From Octopus vulgaris (taxonomy: Eukaryota): a stretch of DNA of 64,000 nt. Position 1 is the first letter of the stretch, and each line of letters opens with the position of its first letter. Shown here in pieces: positions 39,055-51,830 of the stretch. Under the pieces are notes generated by a model. That model was given only the letters and a program-made list of their open reading frames with translations. It was not told the DNA's origin and searched no databases. The stretch spans positions 30,132,001-30,196,000 of the forward strand of contig OX597814.1 of assembly GCA_951406725.2 (NCBI GenBank), written 5' to 3'. A program made the translations under genes and the position numbers.

Positions 39055-39370
39055 GTAAATGTAATATTTGACAATTATTTGGTAGCCATGATAAAACTCT
39101 GAGTTTCAGATGCCGAGGTGGAAATCTCTTCAGTTATCCGGCCATCGGGAAAATGCTATGGAAAATGACTGTTATATAAAGGGAAATTACTGTGTGCGAT
39201 GACCGGATAACTGAAGGCTGGAGGCGTGGATTTCCACCTCAGCATCCGAAACTTGGAGTTTTATCATAGCTACCACATAATTGTCACATATTACATTTAC
39301 AGATAAATTCCTCTATTTACATAATATCAAGGCCTCTTTCATTCTTTTGTTGTCTTACCATTTTTATCAA
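39051..39370. mobile_element. Fold-back mini-element (~95-bp arms) in (TA)n with a hammerhead-like motif in each arm
   Basis: Inverted arms ~39051-39147 / ~39197-39304. The + arm reads GATAA-CTGAAGG...CATCC-GAAACTTGGAGT-T-TTATC; the opposite arm has CTGAAGA. Confidence 0.6.
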
Positions 39371-39421
39371 TATATATATATGTGTGTGTGTATATAAACA
39401 ACAAATGATGGATTGGTGTCA

Positions 39422-39488
39422 ATTCATTACAGCTGTTTCCAATGATTTTTGTAATTGATTATAAAAAAAACATTTTCTTCGGATGAAT
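39422..39488 (-). ncRNA. Degenerate minimal hammerhead-like motif (PLE-derived)
   Basis: Minus strand reads ATTCAT-CCGAAGA-aaatg...cattg-GAA-ACAGCTGT-A-ATGAAT: perfect 6-bp stem I, palindromic stem III, GUA triplet. Core has U4>C. Confidence 0.5.
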
Positions 39489-39932
39489 GCATGAATTGTA
39501 CAATTAAGGACATTTAAAAAAAAAATTAAAATTTATGTCATGTGCATATTTAGTGATTCCACAATCAATGCTGGTCATAGAATAAGTTTGCCAGATAACA
39601 ACGAAACAAATTCAAGTGGTTTTGTAGGAGGGGACATCACTTTGACAAATGTAGGAGGGGTATATTTCCTGCCAGTACTTTTGTACCAATGTTGGTATTT
39701 GTCTAAAATTGCTGTGTATGCATTTTAATTCTGACCCAACCCAGTGACTTATCCACCTGAATCTTAATATATTATATGCGCAGGAGTGGTAAAAAGTTTG
39801 CTTCTCAACCACATGGTTCCGAGTTCAGTCCCACTGTGTGGTACCTTCAGCAAGTGTCTTCTATTATAGCCTCACACTAACCAAAGCCTTCTGAGTGGAT
39901 TTGGTAGACGGAAACTGAAAGAAGCCTGTTGT

Positions 39933-40620
39933 CATCATCATCATCATCATCATCATCGTTTAACGTCCGTTTTCCGTGCTAGCATGGGTTAGACGGTTCG
40001 ACTGGGGTCTGGGAAGTCAGGAGGCTTCACCAGGCTCCAGTCTGATCTGGCAGTGTTTCTACAGCTGGATGCCATTCCTAACGGCAACCACTCTGTGAGT
40101 GTAGTGGGTGCTTTTTACGTGCCACCAGTACAGGTGCCGGGGGAGGCTGGCAGCGGCCACGATTGGTTGGTGCTTTTTACGTGCCACCGGCACAGATATC
40201 ACAACTACAATTTCCATTTGATATTTATTTTGATGTTGATGTACTTGACTCAATAGGTCTCCTCAAGCACAGCAGGTCATCCTACAATCCAAGGTAAGCA
40301 CAGCAGGTCGTTCTGCAATCCAAGGTACTTTGGATGGGCTGGAGCTATGCGAAACTGGTGCAGGAAACAGCCACGAACTAACATTATTTGTCGGGTATTT
40401 GCAGTCACAGCATATCTCCAAAGATCTCGGTCTTTCATCATTGCCTCTGTGAGGCCCAACGTTCGTAGGTCATGCTTGACCACCTCATCCCATGTCTTCC
40501 TGGGTCTACCTCTTCCACGAATACCTTAAACTGTTTGGGAGTGGAACTTCTTCACACATCTCACCTCATCCATCCGCAGTACATGACCATACCAGCGCAA
40601 ACGTCTCTCTTGCACACCAC
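39933..40620 (-). mobile_element. Family D / RTE 3' end nested in the microsatellite of a family A SINE
   Basis: Includes the RTE C-terminus (RGRPRKTW..VVKHDLRTLGLTEAM.KDRDLWR). SINE A halves lie at 39779-39931 and ~40625-40820. Confidence 0.8.
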
Positions 40621-41456
40621 ATCATGTATTTGTTATTTATGTCTGTGTTTGTTCCCCACTGTCACTTGACAACTGATGCTGGTGTGTTTAAGTCCCTGTC
40701 ACTTAGCAGTTCGGCAAAAATTGACCGATAGAATAAGTACTAGGCTTGATTTCTTTGGCTAAAGGTGGTGCTCCAGCATGGTCACAGTCAAATGACTGAA
40801 ACAAGTAAAAGAATAAAAGAAAAAGGATATGTGTGTGTGTGTGTGTGTGTTTATGTATGTATGTGTGATGATAGATACTCATTCATTCATATCAAGTTTT
40901 CAAAGAATTAATGATTACCATTTCTATTGAGCTGTAGTGGAACTTATTAAAGAGTTCAGTGAGTTTATATGTCATGAGCAATGAGAGAACCTAACATTTT
41001 CAGGCTCTTGTTCTTCTTCCATGAATATGAATACATACATGAATATGAATACGTGCCGGTGGCATGTAAAAAGCACCATCCGATTGTGGCCGTTTGCCAG
41101 CCTCGCCTGGCCCCCGTGCCGATGGTACGTAAAAAGCACCATCCGACCGTGGCCGTTTGCCAGACTTGTCTGGCACCTGTGCAGGTGGCACGTAAAAAGC
41201 ACCCACTACACTCATGGAGTGGTTGGCGTTAGGTAGGGTATCCAGCCGTAGAAACATTGCCAGATCAGACTGGGCCTGGTGCAGCCTTCAGGCTTCCCAG
41301 ACCCCAGTTGCACCATCCAACCCATGCCAGCATGGAAAGCGGACACTAAACGATGATGATGATGATGATGATGACAGAAGCATTGTCACCTTTGTCTTGA
41401 TGTTTTCTGTTCTCTTATTCAAACAAGTATGAAGTAGTAACAATGCAGTTTACTTT

Positions 41457-41500
<44 letters not shown>

Positions 41501-41501
<1 letters not shown>

Positions 41502-42044
41502 TGCAGTACCAGGCAGTGGCTCTCATGGCTTCTGATCTTAACTGATTGGAAGTCTTATCATCTACATTATTTTGTCTTGGTATAAAAGATGGGCTACAGC
41601 AAATATTCTACTCAATACCACAGATTTGCATGTCAGTTGTTTCACCTTAACCAGTTGAGCATGTCCCTTAGTGGCTGACAATATGTGCATCTCTGATCAT
41701 GAGCAAAAGTAGTGGGGGAGCATCATAGCTGTGTGTTGAGAGGGATTCTTTGGGGTTTTAATAATTCACCTCTGGAAACATAGATGTTTTGTTCAAAATC
41801 CTTAAACAACCCTTATTCAGTGACCTTTTGAGTGGGGTAGGTTACTTGACCAGAAGAAAATTCTAACTGGGCCCCACCTGCAAGGTCATGTGCTGTTTAT
41901 CTTGATATGAGATCACCATGTCACGCACATATAATTGTGATGCATGTGCCTAGTGTACCCTTATCAGACGGGTAGTCATGATGGGTATATTGGGCTTCGT
42001 ATATTTTACCCCAGTGTCACTTTGATGGCATGAACTGCTCTCTC
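41501..42044 (+). mobile_element. Family E copy in (TAA)n
   Basis: Reverse complement of 15616-16165; (TAA)n immediately on both sides. Confidence 0.8.
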
Positions 42045-43019
42045 ATAATAATAATAACAATTTATTTTATTAGCCATAGGTGCATAGATGAGTGGGGACA
42101 TCACAAGGAGAGGCAATAACTTGTGTAGGGGTTTACATAAAAGAGCAGGAGAAAGAAATGGAAAAGACAGTGAAATGCAAAATCCTTTCTTACTATAGGC
42201 ACAAGGCCTGAAATTTTGGGGAGGGGGTTCGTTTGATTATATCGACCCTAGTGCTTAACTGGTACTTAATTTATCATCCCTGAAAAATTGAATGGTTAAG
42301 TCAAATAACTCTCTCTGATTTTAGCACATGGCCAGCAGCAATTTTGATTGGTGGTGGGTGCAAGTCAACTACAGTGACCCCAGTATTTGATTGGTACTTA
42401 TTTTCGTGACCCTAAAGGAATGAAAGGCAGAACCGACCTTGGTGGAATTTCAACTCAAAATGTAAAAAATCTTGAAGAAATGCCCCTATGCATTTTGTGT
42501 GATAGGCAAATGATTCTGCCTGGTCACCACTTTGATAATGATAATAACAACACAATAACAACAACAATAATAATTATAATCATGATTTGTTTTATTTGTC
42601 ACCGGGGTGACAGACGAAGGGGACAATACAAAGATAGATATAAGTAAATGAAATGGTTTAAAAAATTACTTAGGATGAGATGAAGTTGATAACATACAAC
42701 TCACGGAAATGAAGGCTCATATTAGCAAATAGGTATTACAGAATATTTAGGATAACATAAAAACTTAGCTCAATGCTAGAAATAAGACAGTAGGCTTAAA
42801 ATGGTTATAAACGATAGCTTCAAGATAAACTGGAAGTTAGATGTCTTGAAGAGCTTAGACAGAAAAGCATGGAAATTACTAATGATGTTCTGAAGTCTTC
42901 AACCCAAAGATAATGTAGATAGAAAAATATCCAATATCTATATATTAATATGCTTGTACTGTTGGTGTTTGTCACACTAAGGGAGATAAGTTGGGATTAA
43001 ATTCGAGTTATTTCCCTTG

Positions 43020-43652
43020 GCTTCTGGACTGGCATTGTTGCAATACTCTTGAAAGGTGGTAAAACTCTTCACAGTATGTTCAAGCTTCCAGTTCCTTTGC
43101 GTGAAACAAGTGTAATATTTATTATTCCACCAAATTCTAATCAAGGAAACATTATAAGGTGAGTAAAAGTCTGCATTATTGACGAAGTTTCAATGACACC
43201 AGTTTATGCTTTGAAAGCAATAGATAATTGCTTAAGATATATTATGAATAGTTATAGTATATTTGGTGGGAAAATTATTTTACTAGGAGGAGATGTTAGA
43301 CAAGTTCTTCCAGTTGTTCCAAGAGCTCTACCTGCAGCTGTACTTGATGTCTGTTTCAAATGCTCCTCTATGTGAGGTAATTTTCATCAAATGCAACTTA
43401 TGCAAAACATGAGAACAAATGCAAATGAACAAGATTTTTCAAGATGGTTACTACAACTTGGAAGTGGATTTCTTCAAAGCTCTCTTGATGATCTCGCAGA
43501 AGATACTATTGCTATTCCTGAAGCATGCATATGTAACAATTCTTTGGTATCTGATATATTTTACAATTGTACAGAAATGAAAAGTAGAGTGATCTTATCC
43601 CCTAAAAATTTGGACTGCTTAGCAATAAATGAAGATATTCTAAGTAGATTGC
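43020..43652 (+). pseudogene. Decayed Helitron PIF1-family helicase fragment
   Basis: TGI...GGKTLHSMFKLP, IIDEVSM, FGGKIILLGGDVRQVLPVV, QNMR, WLLQLGSG, ILSPKN motifs, with an in-frame stop at 43373-43375 and frameshifts. Confidence 0.88.
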
Positions 43653-43671
43653 TCATATATATATATATATA

Positions 43672-43980
43672 TGAGGGTGAGTCAAAAAGTAATGCTATTT
43701 TCTTTATTTCATGTAAGGCTTTTGATAAAAATAACTGTAAATTTTCCCACTTATATCATTTACATTCTGAAATATTTTGTTTCTTACTTTCCAGGTTTTT
43801 AAACTGGTATGGAAAATTCAAAATGGCTGCTCCTCAGAGTTACATCAAGAACAAAGAGCCGTGATTGAATTTCTTGTTGCAGAGGGGGAAACCCCTGTGA
43901 ACATTCACTGACGATTACGAAATGTCTTTGAGGACAATACTTTAGATTGTAGCAATGTATGCAGGTGGGTCCGTCATATC
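43672..43980 (+). mobile_element. Mariner 5' end (TIR plus start of transposase)
   Basis: TA-TGAGGGTGAGTCAAAAAGTAATGC TIR-like start in a TA tract, then degenerate MAAP...EQRAVIEFL.AEG. Confidence 0.6.
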
Positions 43981-44044
43981 CATATATACATATGGATATA
44001 TATATATATATATATATATATGGATACATATATATATATATATA

Positions 44045-44378
44045 TTACGGAGATGTACTCGCATAGTAAGTGATTTGATCTGAGATCGTGTGCTGGAACG
44101 AAAGCAATTGCAGCGTGGAAGGTGTTTGTAAGCTATTTAAGAAACACACAAAAGCCGTTCGATTCACTTCAACATTTAAGTTTAATTTGTCAAAATATTT
44201 TCGTCACTAAAATCCGCGACCTGTTCACTGAAAAAATCCATGCTGCATTGTCAGTGAACAGGTCGTGGATTTTAGCGACAAAAATATTTTGACAAATTAA
44301 ACTTAAATGTTGAAGTGAATCGAACGCTTTTGTGTGTTTCTTAAATACTTACAAACACCTTCTACGCTGCAATTGTTT
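44045..44378. mobile_element. Fold-back mini-element (~130-bp arms) in (TA)n
   Basis: Arms ~44101-44231 and ~44250-44378 are near-perfect reverse complements, with a one-sided extension 44045-44100 and TA tracts on both sides. Confidence 0.65.
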
Positions 44379-44954
44379 ATATATATATGGATATGTATAT
44401 CTATCTATCTATCTATAAATATATATATATATATACACACACACACAATAGTGTGAGATGAGTGGATTTCGTTCATGGAGCCTGAAAGAAGAATGTTGTA
44501 TATATATGTGTATATGTGTTTATGTGTATGTGTCTGTGTTTGTACTCCCATGTTTGCTTGACAGCCAATGTTGGTGTGTTTACATTCCCATAACATAGTT
44601 GTTCAACAAAAGACACTGATAGGATAAGTAGTAACCTTACAAAGAATAAATCAAGTTGTTTGACCAGTGGTGGTGCTCCAGCATGGCTGCAGTCACATGA
44701 CTGAAAGAAGTAAAACAATAAAACGACTATGCCATTTTGATACTGAGCAAGGCCAGGTATCTCTCCTAGTATTATATAATAAATTATATATATACTATAT
44801 GATATATTTGGATATCTATCTATCTGTCTGTCTGTCTGTTTATCTAACTATCTAGCTATGTGAATACATCATTTAGATACACACACATGTACGTTTGTGT
44901 GTGTATACATATATGCATGTATATATATATATATATATATATTTATATTCATAT

Positions 44955-45308
44955 AAAAAAAATAATGACAAGGTAGAAAATGCTAAAATAATTTTATCAT
45001 GAAGCACATTTTAATACCATTATATATATAATATATATATATATATATACTTTTCAGTTAGCAGCAGATCTCCTACTAACTACTGAGCCTTCACAAAGAC
45101 AAAAGGGAGAGAGAGACTGGGAAAAAAGAAATGTCCTACTTTTTGAAAACTATGGGAATATTTAAAAAAACATTTCATTTAATTTTTCATTAATTTAATT
45201 GTTTTTCTTGATTTCCTCTGAGTTGAAAAGTTTGAAAAGACAGAAACCAGTACTAAAATGTACTTCATGATAAAATCTTTTTAGCATTTTCTACCTTGTC
45301 TTATTTTC
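44955..45308. mobile_element. Older fold-back element with ~60-bp terminal arms between (TA)n tracts
   Basis: gacaaggtagaaaatgctaaaa...catgaagcacattttaatac at the left end is the reverse complement of gtactaaaatgtacttcatg...ttttagcattttctaccttgtc at the right end. Confidence 0.5.
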
Positions 45309-45332
45309 CTTATACATATCCACTCATGTGTT

Positions 45333-45334
45333 AC

Positions 45335-45388
<54 letters not shown>

Positions 45389-45412
45389 TGTATGTATATA
45401 TATATATGTATG

Positions 45413-45493
<81 letters not shown>

Positions 45494-45494
45494 G

Positions 45495-45538
<44 letters not shown>

Positions 45539-45553
45539 GTATATATATATGTG

Positions 45554-45584
<31 letters not shown>

Positions 45585-45685
45585 GTATATATATATGTGT
45601 ATATATATGTATATATATATATATATATATGTGTGTATATATGTATATATATATATGTATATATGTGTATATATATATATATGTA

Positions 45686-45717
<32 letters not shown>
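45333..45717. repeat. ~385-bp (TA)n/(TATG) microsatellite just downstream of the nrf-6 A stop codon
   Basis: Read directly; source of the spurious YI-repeat ORFs. Confidence 0.95.
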
Positions 45718-45718
<1 letters not shown>

Positions 45719-45867
45719 TAATTATATCATGAGAAGTAAATAACATTGATACAGCATTCTTGCACCCCATCTGTTGATCTTGAACATGTATTAATGATAA
45801 TATTGTACTAATTGATTAAAGTGGTTTGTTATTTTTGTTTATATTCCATTTGGTGGAGTCGATTTTC

Positions 45868-46002
45868 TTAAGTGATCACTTGCTTTTTCTTAAACAGCGA
45901 CAGAAATACTCGTTCTAGACCAATCATAGGAGCTTCAAAGGCCATAGAAGCAATAAATGCTATCATGTAGGATACTACCAAAAATCCGAAAAATATGAAA
46001 AC
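45868..46002 (-). CDS. nrf-6: NRF-6-like paralogue A terminal coding exon (VFIFFGFLVVSYMIAFIASMAFEAPMIGLERVFLSLFKKKQVIT*)
   Basis: C-terminal FEAP-x-x-x-LE motif. Acceptor ttttcag at 46003-46005, TAA stop at 45868-45870; 135 nt. Confidence 0.93.
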   Translation of the reverse strand, partial: VFIFFGFLVVSYMIAFIASMAFEAPMIGLERVFLSLFKKKQVIT

Positions 46003-46061
46003 CTGAAAAGGAAAAATATAAATGAGGAATATCATAATTTTAAATTCAAATAATTACTGCA

Positions 46062-46278
46062 ATTCTGTTGTGTCTGGGGAGAGTCATTCTCTTTTAGTAC
46101 CTTATTATTTAACACACTCACCAGTAAAATTTCCACTTATTTCGTCTTTTTATACAACCCATGCCAGCAACGAAAATTTTAGGAAAATAAAAAGACGAAA
46201 TAAGTGGAAATTTTACCAGTGAGTGTGTTAAATAATAGGGTACTAAAAGAGAATAACTCTCCCCAGACACAACTGAAT
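46062..46278. repeat. ~90-bp-arm inverted repeat in the last intron of nrf-6 paralogue A
   Basis: 46062-46153 is the reverse complement of 46187-46278 with few mismatches. Confidence 0.8.
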
Positions 46279-47269
46279 ATGCTTCAACACACGAACTCAT
46301 ATAAAGAATCTTGTAAACCAAATCCAAAAATGAAATTACTGCAATATTTTAATTTATATACTGTAAGTATTCACATCTACAAATAACCAAAGTCTGAACA
46401 ACCCATTATGGGAACTACTTTATAATTATTTGAATGCAAGAAATAGTAGTCAAATCTCTCTCAGATTACACGCTGGTATCTTTATAATGATGTCCAGATA
46501 TACATTACCTAAGAGATGAATGATACTTTTGATCATAGGTTTTCTTTGTAAAGGCAGGCTGACCTAATAAGGGTGAGTAGACCAAAACCCATACCACCAA
46601 ATATTTTAAGTGGTGATTCCTGATGGGTCAGAGGTTTTCTCTGTTTTCATCTCCTGAATTGCTTTATCTACTAAGGTACTGTCAGTTCAGATAACTTGTT
46701 CCTCAACTGGGTCAACATTTTGCAGGCTCTCCTCCTCCTATTCATTCTCCACATTCAGCAGTCATAGAATAGCTAAAATTCTAATAAATACTTTCATACT
46801 TTGTTTCTAACAATATTTCTAATGTTTTTTAAGTGAAGGTGTGTGAGTAAGTAGTTTGAGTATTTGACTCAAGATTGTTAGGTTGTGAGTTTGGTACCCA
46901 GTGGTGTGTTTTGTTTTTAAGCAAGACACTTTACATCACATTGCTCCAGTCCACTCAGCTGGCAAAAACGTGCTGTACATTATCATCATCATCATCATCA
47001 TTATTTAACGTTTGTCGTCCATGCTGGCATGGGTTGGATAGTTTGACTTGGGCTGGCAAACTGGAAGGCTGCACCAGGCTCTAGTCTGATTTGGCATGAT
47101 TTCTAAAGCTGGATGCCCTTCCTAACACTAACCACTCTGAGAGTGTAATGGGTGCTTTTATGTGCCACTGGCACAGGTGCCATTTGCATGATACCATTAT
47201 CTGCCACGGCTGCAATTTTATTTGGCTTGACAGGTCTTCTCAAGCACAGCATACCACCAAAGGTCTTAG

Positions 47270-49520
47270 TCACTAATCATTGCCTCTTTGAGGCCTAGAG
47301 TTCAAAGATCATGCTTCACCACCTCATCCCATGTCTTCCTGGGTCTACCTCTGCCACAGATTCTCTCCACAGTTAGAGATCAGCACTTCTTTAGACAGCT
47401 GTCCTTGTCCATGTGCATCGCATGACCATACCGGTGCAGTTGTCTCTCTTACACACCATATACGATGCCTCTTATACCAAACTTTTCTCTCAAGATGCTT
47501 ATACTCTGTTGTACATGCACACTGACATTGCACATCCAGTGAAGCATACTGGCTTCATTTCTTTCAAGCCTATGTATGTTCTCAGCTATCACAGGCCATG
47601 TTTCACTGCTGTGTAGCATAGGTGTTCACACACAGGCATCATACAATCTGCCTTTCATTCCATGGGAGAGGCCCTTTGTTGCCAGCAGAGGTGGGAGCTC
47701 TCTGAACTTTGCCCAGCCTAATCTTATTCTCAAAGCCACACTCTTGGATCATCCCCCTCCACTGCTAACTTGGTCGCCTAGATAATGGAAGCTATCTACT
47801 ACTTCTTGCTTACCCCATTGACAGTTGATGGAGTCTATTTTCTGTACATTTTGCCGTTTATTGAACCTGTGCATCTTCCACACACAAAAGCTATTTTCCC
47901 TGATAACCTTTGATATTACTGCACCTCTTATGTGTCCATAGCTTACGCCAGGTACTTCTTATGGAGTTTCTTCCTACGCCTTTTCTACAGATTGAGCAGG
48001 GCGATCTACCTGAAGGATTCGTAATTTGACTGCCCTCCTACTTACTAAGACTTTGGTTTTTGCTAGGTTAACTCTAAGGCCCCTTGATTCTGGACCTTGC
48101 TTCCATACCTGGAACCTCTTCTCTAGTTCAGGTAGTAATTCAACTATAAGAACAAGGTCAAAAGCATAAAGGAACTCCCAGGGGCAGCCTGTTTTAAATT
48201 CCCCTGTTATTGCCTGGAGAACTATGATGAACAAGAAGGGGCTGAGGACCAATCCTTGGTGAACTTCTACTTGTACCCTGAATTCTTCACTGTGCTCATT
48301 GCCAATCCTCACCTTACTGACAGCATCCTCCTGCACATGGCTTGACAGCTTTCACCAACCACTTGTCTGTCCTTAGTTTCTGTATTAACCACCAGATAAG
48401 GGATCAGGGGACCCTGTCAAAGGCTTTCTTCAAGTCAACAAAAGCCAAGTGCAGAGTTTTATCTTTGGCTATGTATTTCACCTGCTGCTACCTTACCAGA
48501 AATATAGCATTAGTGGTGCTTCTCCCTGGCACAAAACCAAAATGCATCTCATCTAGACTAACCCTCTCCCTAATTAGTTGGGCTATGACCCTCTCTATAA
48601 CTTTCATCACCTGATCCAACAATTTGATATCTCTGTAATTATTTCTATCAAAGGCATCACCTTTTGCTTTGTAGCAGTTGTCTATGGGGTATGACTCCTT
48701 CGTGAACCACCTGATTTACGATAAGGGTGACTAGACCAAAATCCACACCACCAGATATTTTAAGCACCTTTGTAGTGATTCCTGATGGGTCAGAAGTTTC
48801 TCTGTCTTCATATCCTTAATTGCTTTATCTACCAAGGTACTGTCAATTCAGATAGCTTGTCCCTCAACTCGGTCAACATTTCGCAGACTCTCCTCCTCCC
48901 ATTCATTCTTCACATTCAGCAGTCTTTCATAATGGCATTTCCAAGCCTCTTTCTTTGCAGAATCATTAAATGCAAGTGCACCATCATCCATGCAGACACA
49001 TTTCTCTCCTATGACATCACAATTTTTTCTCACACACTGTCTTGCAATCCAAAACACTTCAAGTCTTTGGTCCTCACATTGTTGAACATAGGTAAACTTC
49101 TTTTCTGCTTCTCCCTTGGCTAGATATACCTGTCTCATAGCTTCCCTTCTAGCTATGTTAAACAGTTCCCTGCTACCCCAACACTTTCAGACCTGTTTCT
49201 TTGCACTAATGGCCTTACTTACAGCATTGTTTCACCACCACATCACCTTAGGTCTGGATGGGACTTTGCACCAGCTGCAAATTTGGCCTATGGAATTCTC
49301 AGTTGCCCTTTACATCACAAGTCTGTAGCTCCTCTTTCCTCTAATCAAATTTCTTAATTAGGATGTTTCTAAATCTCTGACCATATGAAGGGTCCTTAAG
49401 CTTCCAAATCTTTCTTTTCTGGATTGGTCTGCTCTTTGGCATCTTTCTGGCCTGGAGTCTAGAGTCACTAATACCTTGTCTATGCTGGGAGGTACATTCT
49501 TCACTAGGGAGGGTCTCTGT
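47270..49520 (-). mobile_element. Decayed RTE-clade LINE, reverse transcriptase and 3' portion
   Basis: ORF 47974..48336 reads SKVRIGNEHSEEF...VHQGLVLSPFLFIIV...CPWEFLYAFDL...GLRVNLAKTK (RT motifs). The upstream FVDL.KAFD region has many stops. Confidence 0.88.
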
Positions 49521-50554
49521 AATTCAGTGTGGTCAGCTTTGTAACATTCTGTGTTACATGGAATCTCCTTGAGAATTATGTTAAGGGTATGCTTGTCTGT
49601 GGAGTGCTCAGTTACATGCATGTTAATTGATCAGATATCAGATCAACTGGAATGCTCATCATCATCATCATCATCATCATTTAACATCCACTCTCCATGC
49701 TGGCATGGGTTAGATGGTTTGACTGGAGCTAATAAGCCAGAGAGCTGCACCAGGTTCCAGTCTGATTTGGCATCGTTTCTACAGCTGGATGCCCTTCCTA
49801 ACAGCAACCACTCCAGGAGTGTAATGGGTACTTTTATGTGCCACCAGTATGGATGTCATTTAGATGACACTGGCAATGACCATGATTACGATTCATGGGT
49901 GCCATTCATATGGCACCAGCAGTGCCATGACTATGATGCATAGCTACCATTTACATGGCACTGGCAGCAACCAGGGGCCAGAGGAGGCTGGCAAATGGCC
50001 ACGATCAGTTGGTGCTTTTTACATGTTCCCAACACAGATGCCAGTCAGGTGATGCTGGCATCGGCTACATTCGGATGGTGCATTTTATGTGCCACTGGCA
50101 CGGGTATCATAACTGCAATTTCCATTTGATTTTTATTTTGATGTTGATGTTGACATACTTGACTCAATAGGTCTCCTCAAGCACAGCAGGTCGCCCTACG
50201 ATCCAAGGTTAGCACAGCAGGCCGTCCTGCGAGCCATGAACTCACTTCATTTGTTGGGTCTTCACAGTCGCAGCATATCTCCAGAGATCTCAGTCTTTCT
50301 TCATTTTCTCTGTGAGGCCCAATGTGCCACCGGCACGGGTATCACAACTACAATTTCCATTTGATTTTTTGATGTTGATGTACTTGACTCAATAGGTCTC
50401 CTCAAGCACAGCAGATCGCCCTACGATCCAAGGTTAGCACAGCAGGATGTCCTGCGAGCCATGAACTCACTTCATTTATGTCTTCTAAATTCCACATGCT
50501 GTTTTTAAAAAAATCATTAGCTCAATTTTTGTATAAGATCAAATATTTACTTAC

Positions 50555-50697
50555 AATATTAAAGTTTGTGATGAAAAGTGGATACTTTTGGTTTAAATAG
50601 AACAGGTATATCACAACTGGATGGACTAAGTAAGCACAGTATGTGAGACGGCTCAATGGAATAAAGGCTTTCCATGATAAAATTGTATTCACAAAAC
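50555..50697 (-). CDS. nrf-6: NRF-6-like paralogue A exon (GFVNTILSWKAFIPLSRLTYCAYLVHPVVIYLFYLNQKYPLFITNFNI)
   Basis: Hallmark LSW...PLSRLTYCAYLVHP motif. Acceptor tgtag at 50698-50700, donor gtaagt 50549-50554; 143 nt, phase 1 to 0. Confidence 0.95.
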
Positions 50698-51388
50698 CTA
50701 CAATAAAAACAAAATAAATAAAACTCTTTAATTTCCATTTCTAAGTAGAGAACATTGGGCTTTAAAAAAAAATCATTTTTAACTTTTGTTGTATCTCAGG
50801 GAAGTCATTATGCAAATAATAAACACATGTACTGGTTCTTATTCATCATCATCGTTTAACGTCCGCTTTCCATGCTAGCATGGGTTAGACGGTTCAACTG
50901 GGGTCTGGGAAGCCCGAAGGCTGCACCAGGCCAGTCAGATCCGGCAGTGTTTCTACAACTGGATGCCCTTCCTAACGCCAACCACTCCGTGAGTGTAGCG
51001 GGTGCTTTTTATGTGCCACCGACACAGGTGCCAGACGAGGCTGGCAAACGGCCATGCTCTTATTCACTTCTTTTATTATTATCAGTCAATTAATTAAACA
51101 TTTGACCAATTAACTAACCAATTGTTTGATTTGTTGTTCAGCCAATGTATGAATGAATCAATCAATCAGTTAGGTTTGTCAAAGTCTTTTTTGCCATCAT
51201 TCATAACATCACCATTGACATGTCCTTTCTAATTCCAGGTCTGGTTGACTGATAACAATATAAAAAGTGAAATAGAACCAGTGAGTGTTTATCATTGGCA
51301 TAATGACCCTCCTGAGATACAACAAAATATGCTTCAATACCCAAGTTCACAATAAGAAACTTGCAAACTAAATATGAAAATAAAACTT

Positions 51389-51429
<41 letters not shown>

Positions 51430-51830
51430 TGTCTAATGTCCATGCTTCCATTCTTGTATGAGTTTGATGGATTGTATTGAGACAGATTTTCTAAAGCTGA
51501 ATGTTCTTTTTGTCACTAACTCTCACACATTTCTGAGTAAGGTAATATTCACCATGGCCAGGCATGTCTTCATGAAGAATTGGAAATAAACGACACTGCT
51601 TGCACGACAGTGACACTTGTTTACAACTGTCACAGGAAGTCATGGCAAAGTACTAGCAAAAACACACACACTTTTATAAGCACAAATCTATGATAGGAAG
51701 AAGCTTGCATAGGTCTGTTAATAGGATGGTTTGCATATATTTTTTTACTATCCTGGGTTAGTGTTTATAAAGTGCTAAAACTTACTTTAATTTAGTTCAA
51801 TGTTTATACTTGATAAGATGTATAACTTAC

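Noticed and set aside
39540-39728. Possible + strand exon of a divergent transcript
   Set aside because: Weak acceptor and donor and no recognisable protein similarity.
43193-43864. Functional host PIF1 helicase gene
   Set aside because: Intronless fragment with stops and frameshifts, Helitron-type motifs, truncated by a TA tract and a mariner end.
45296-45770. Long Tyr/Ile-rich ORFs (also poly-Asn, poly-Leu and SL-repeat ORFs elsewhere)
   Set aside because: Translations of (TA)n, (TAA)n and (CT)n microsatellites.
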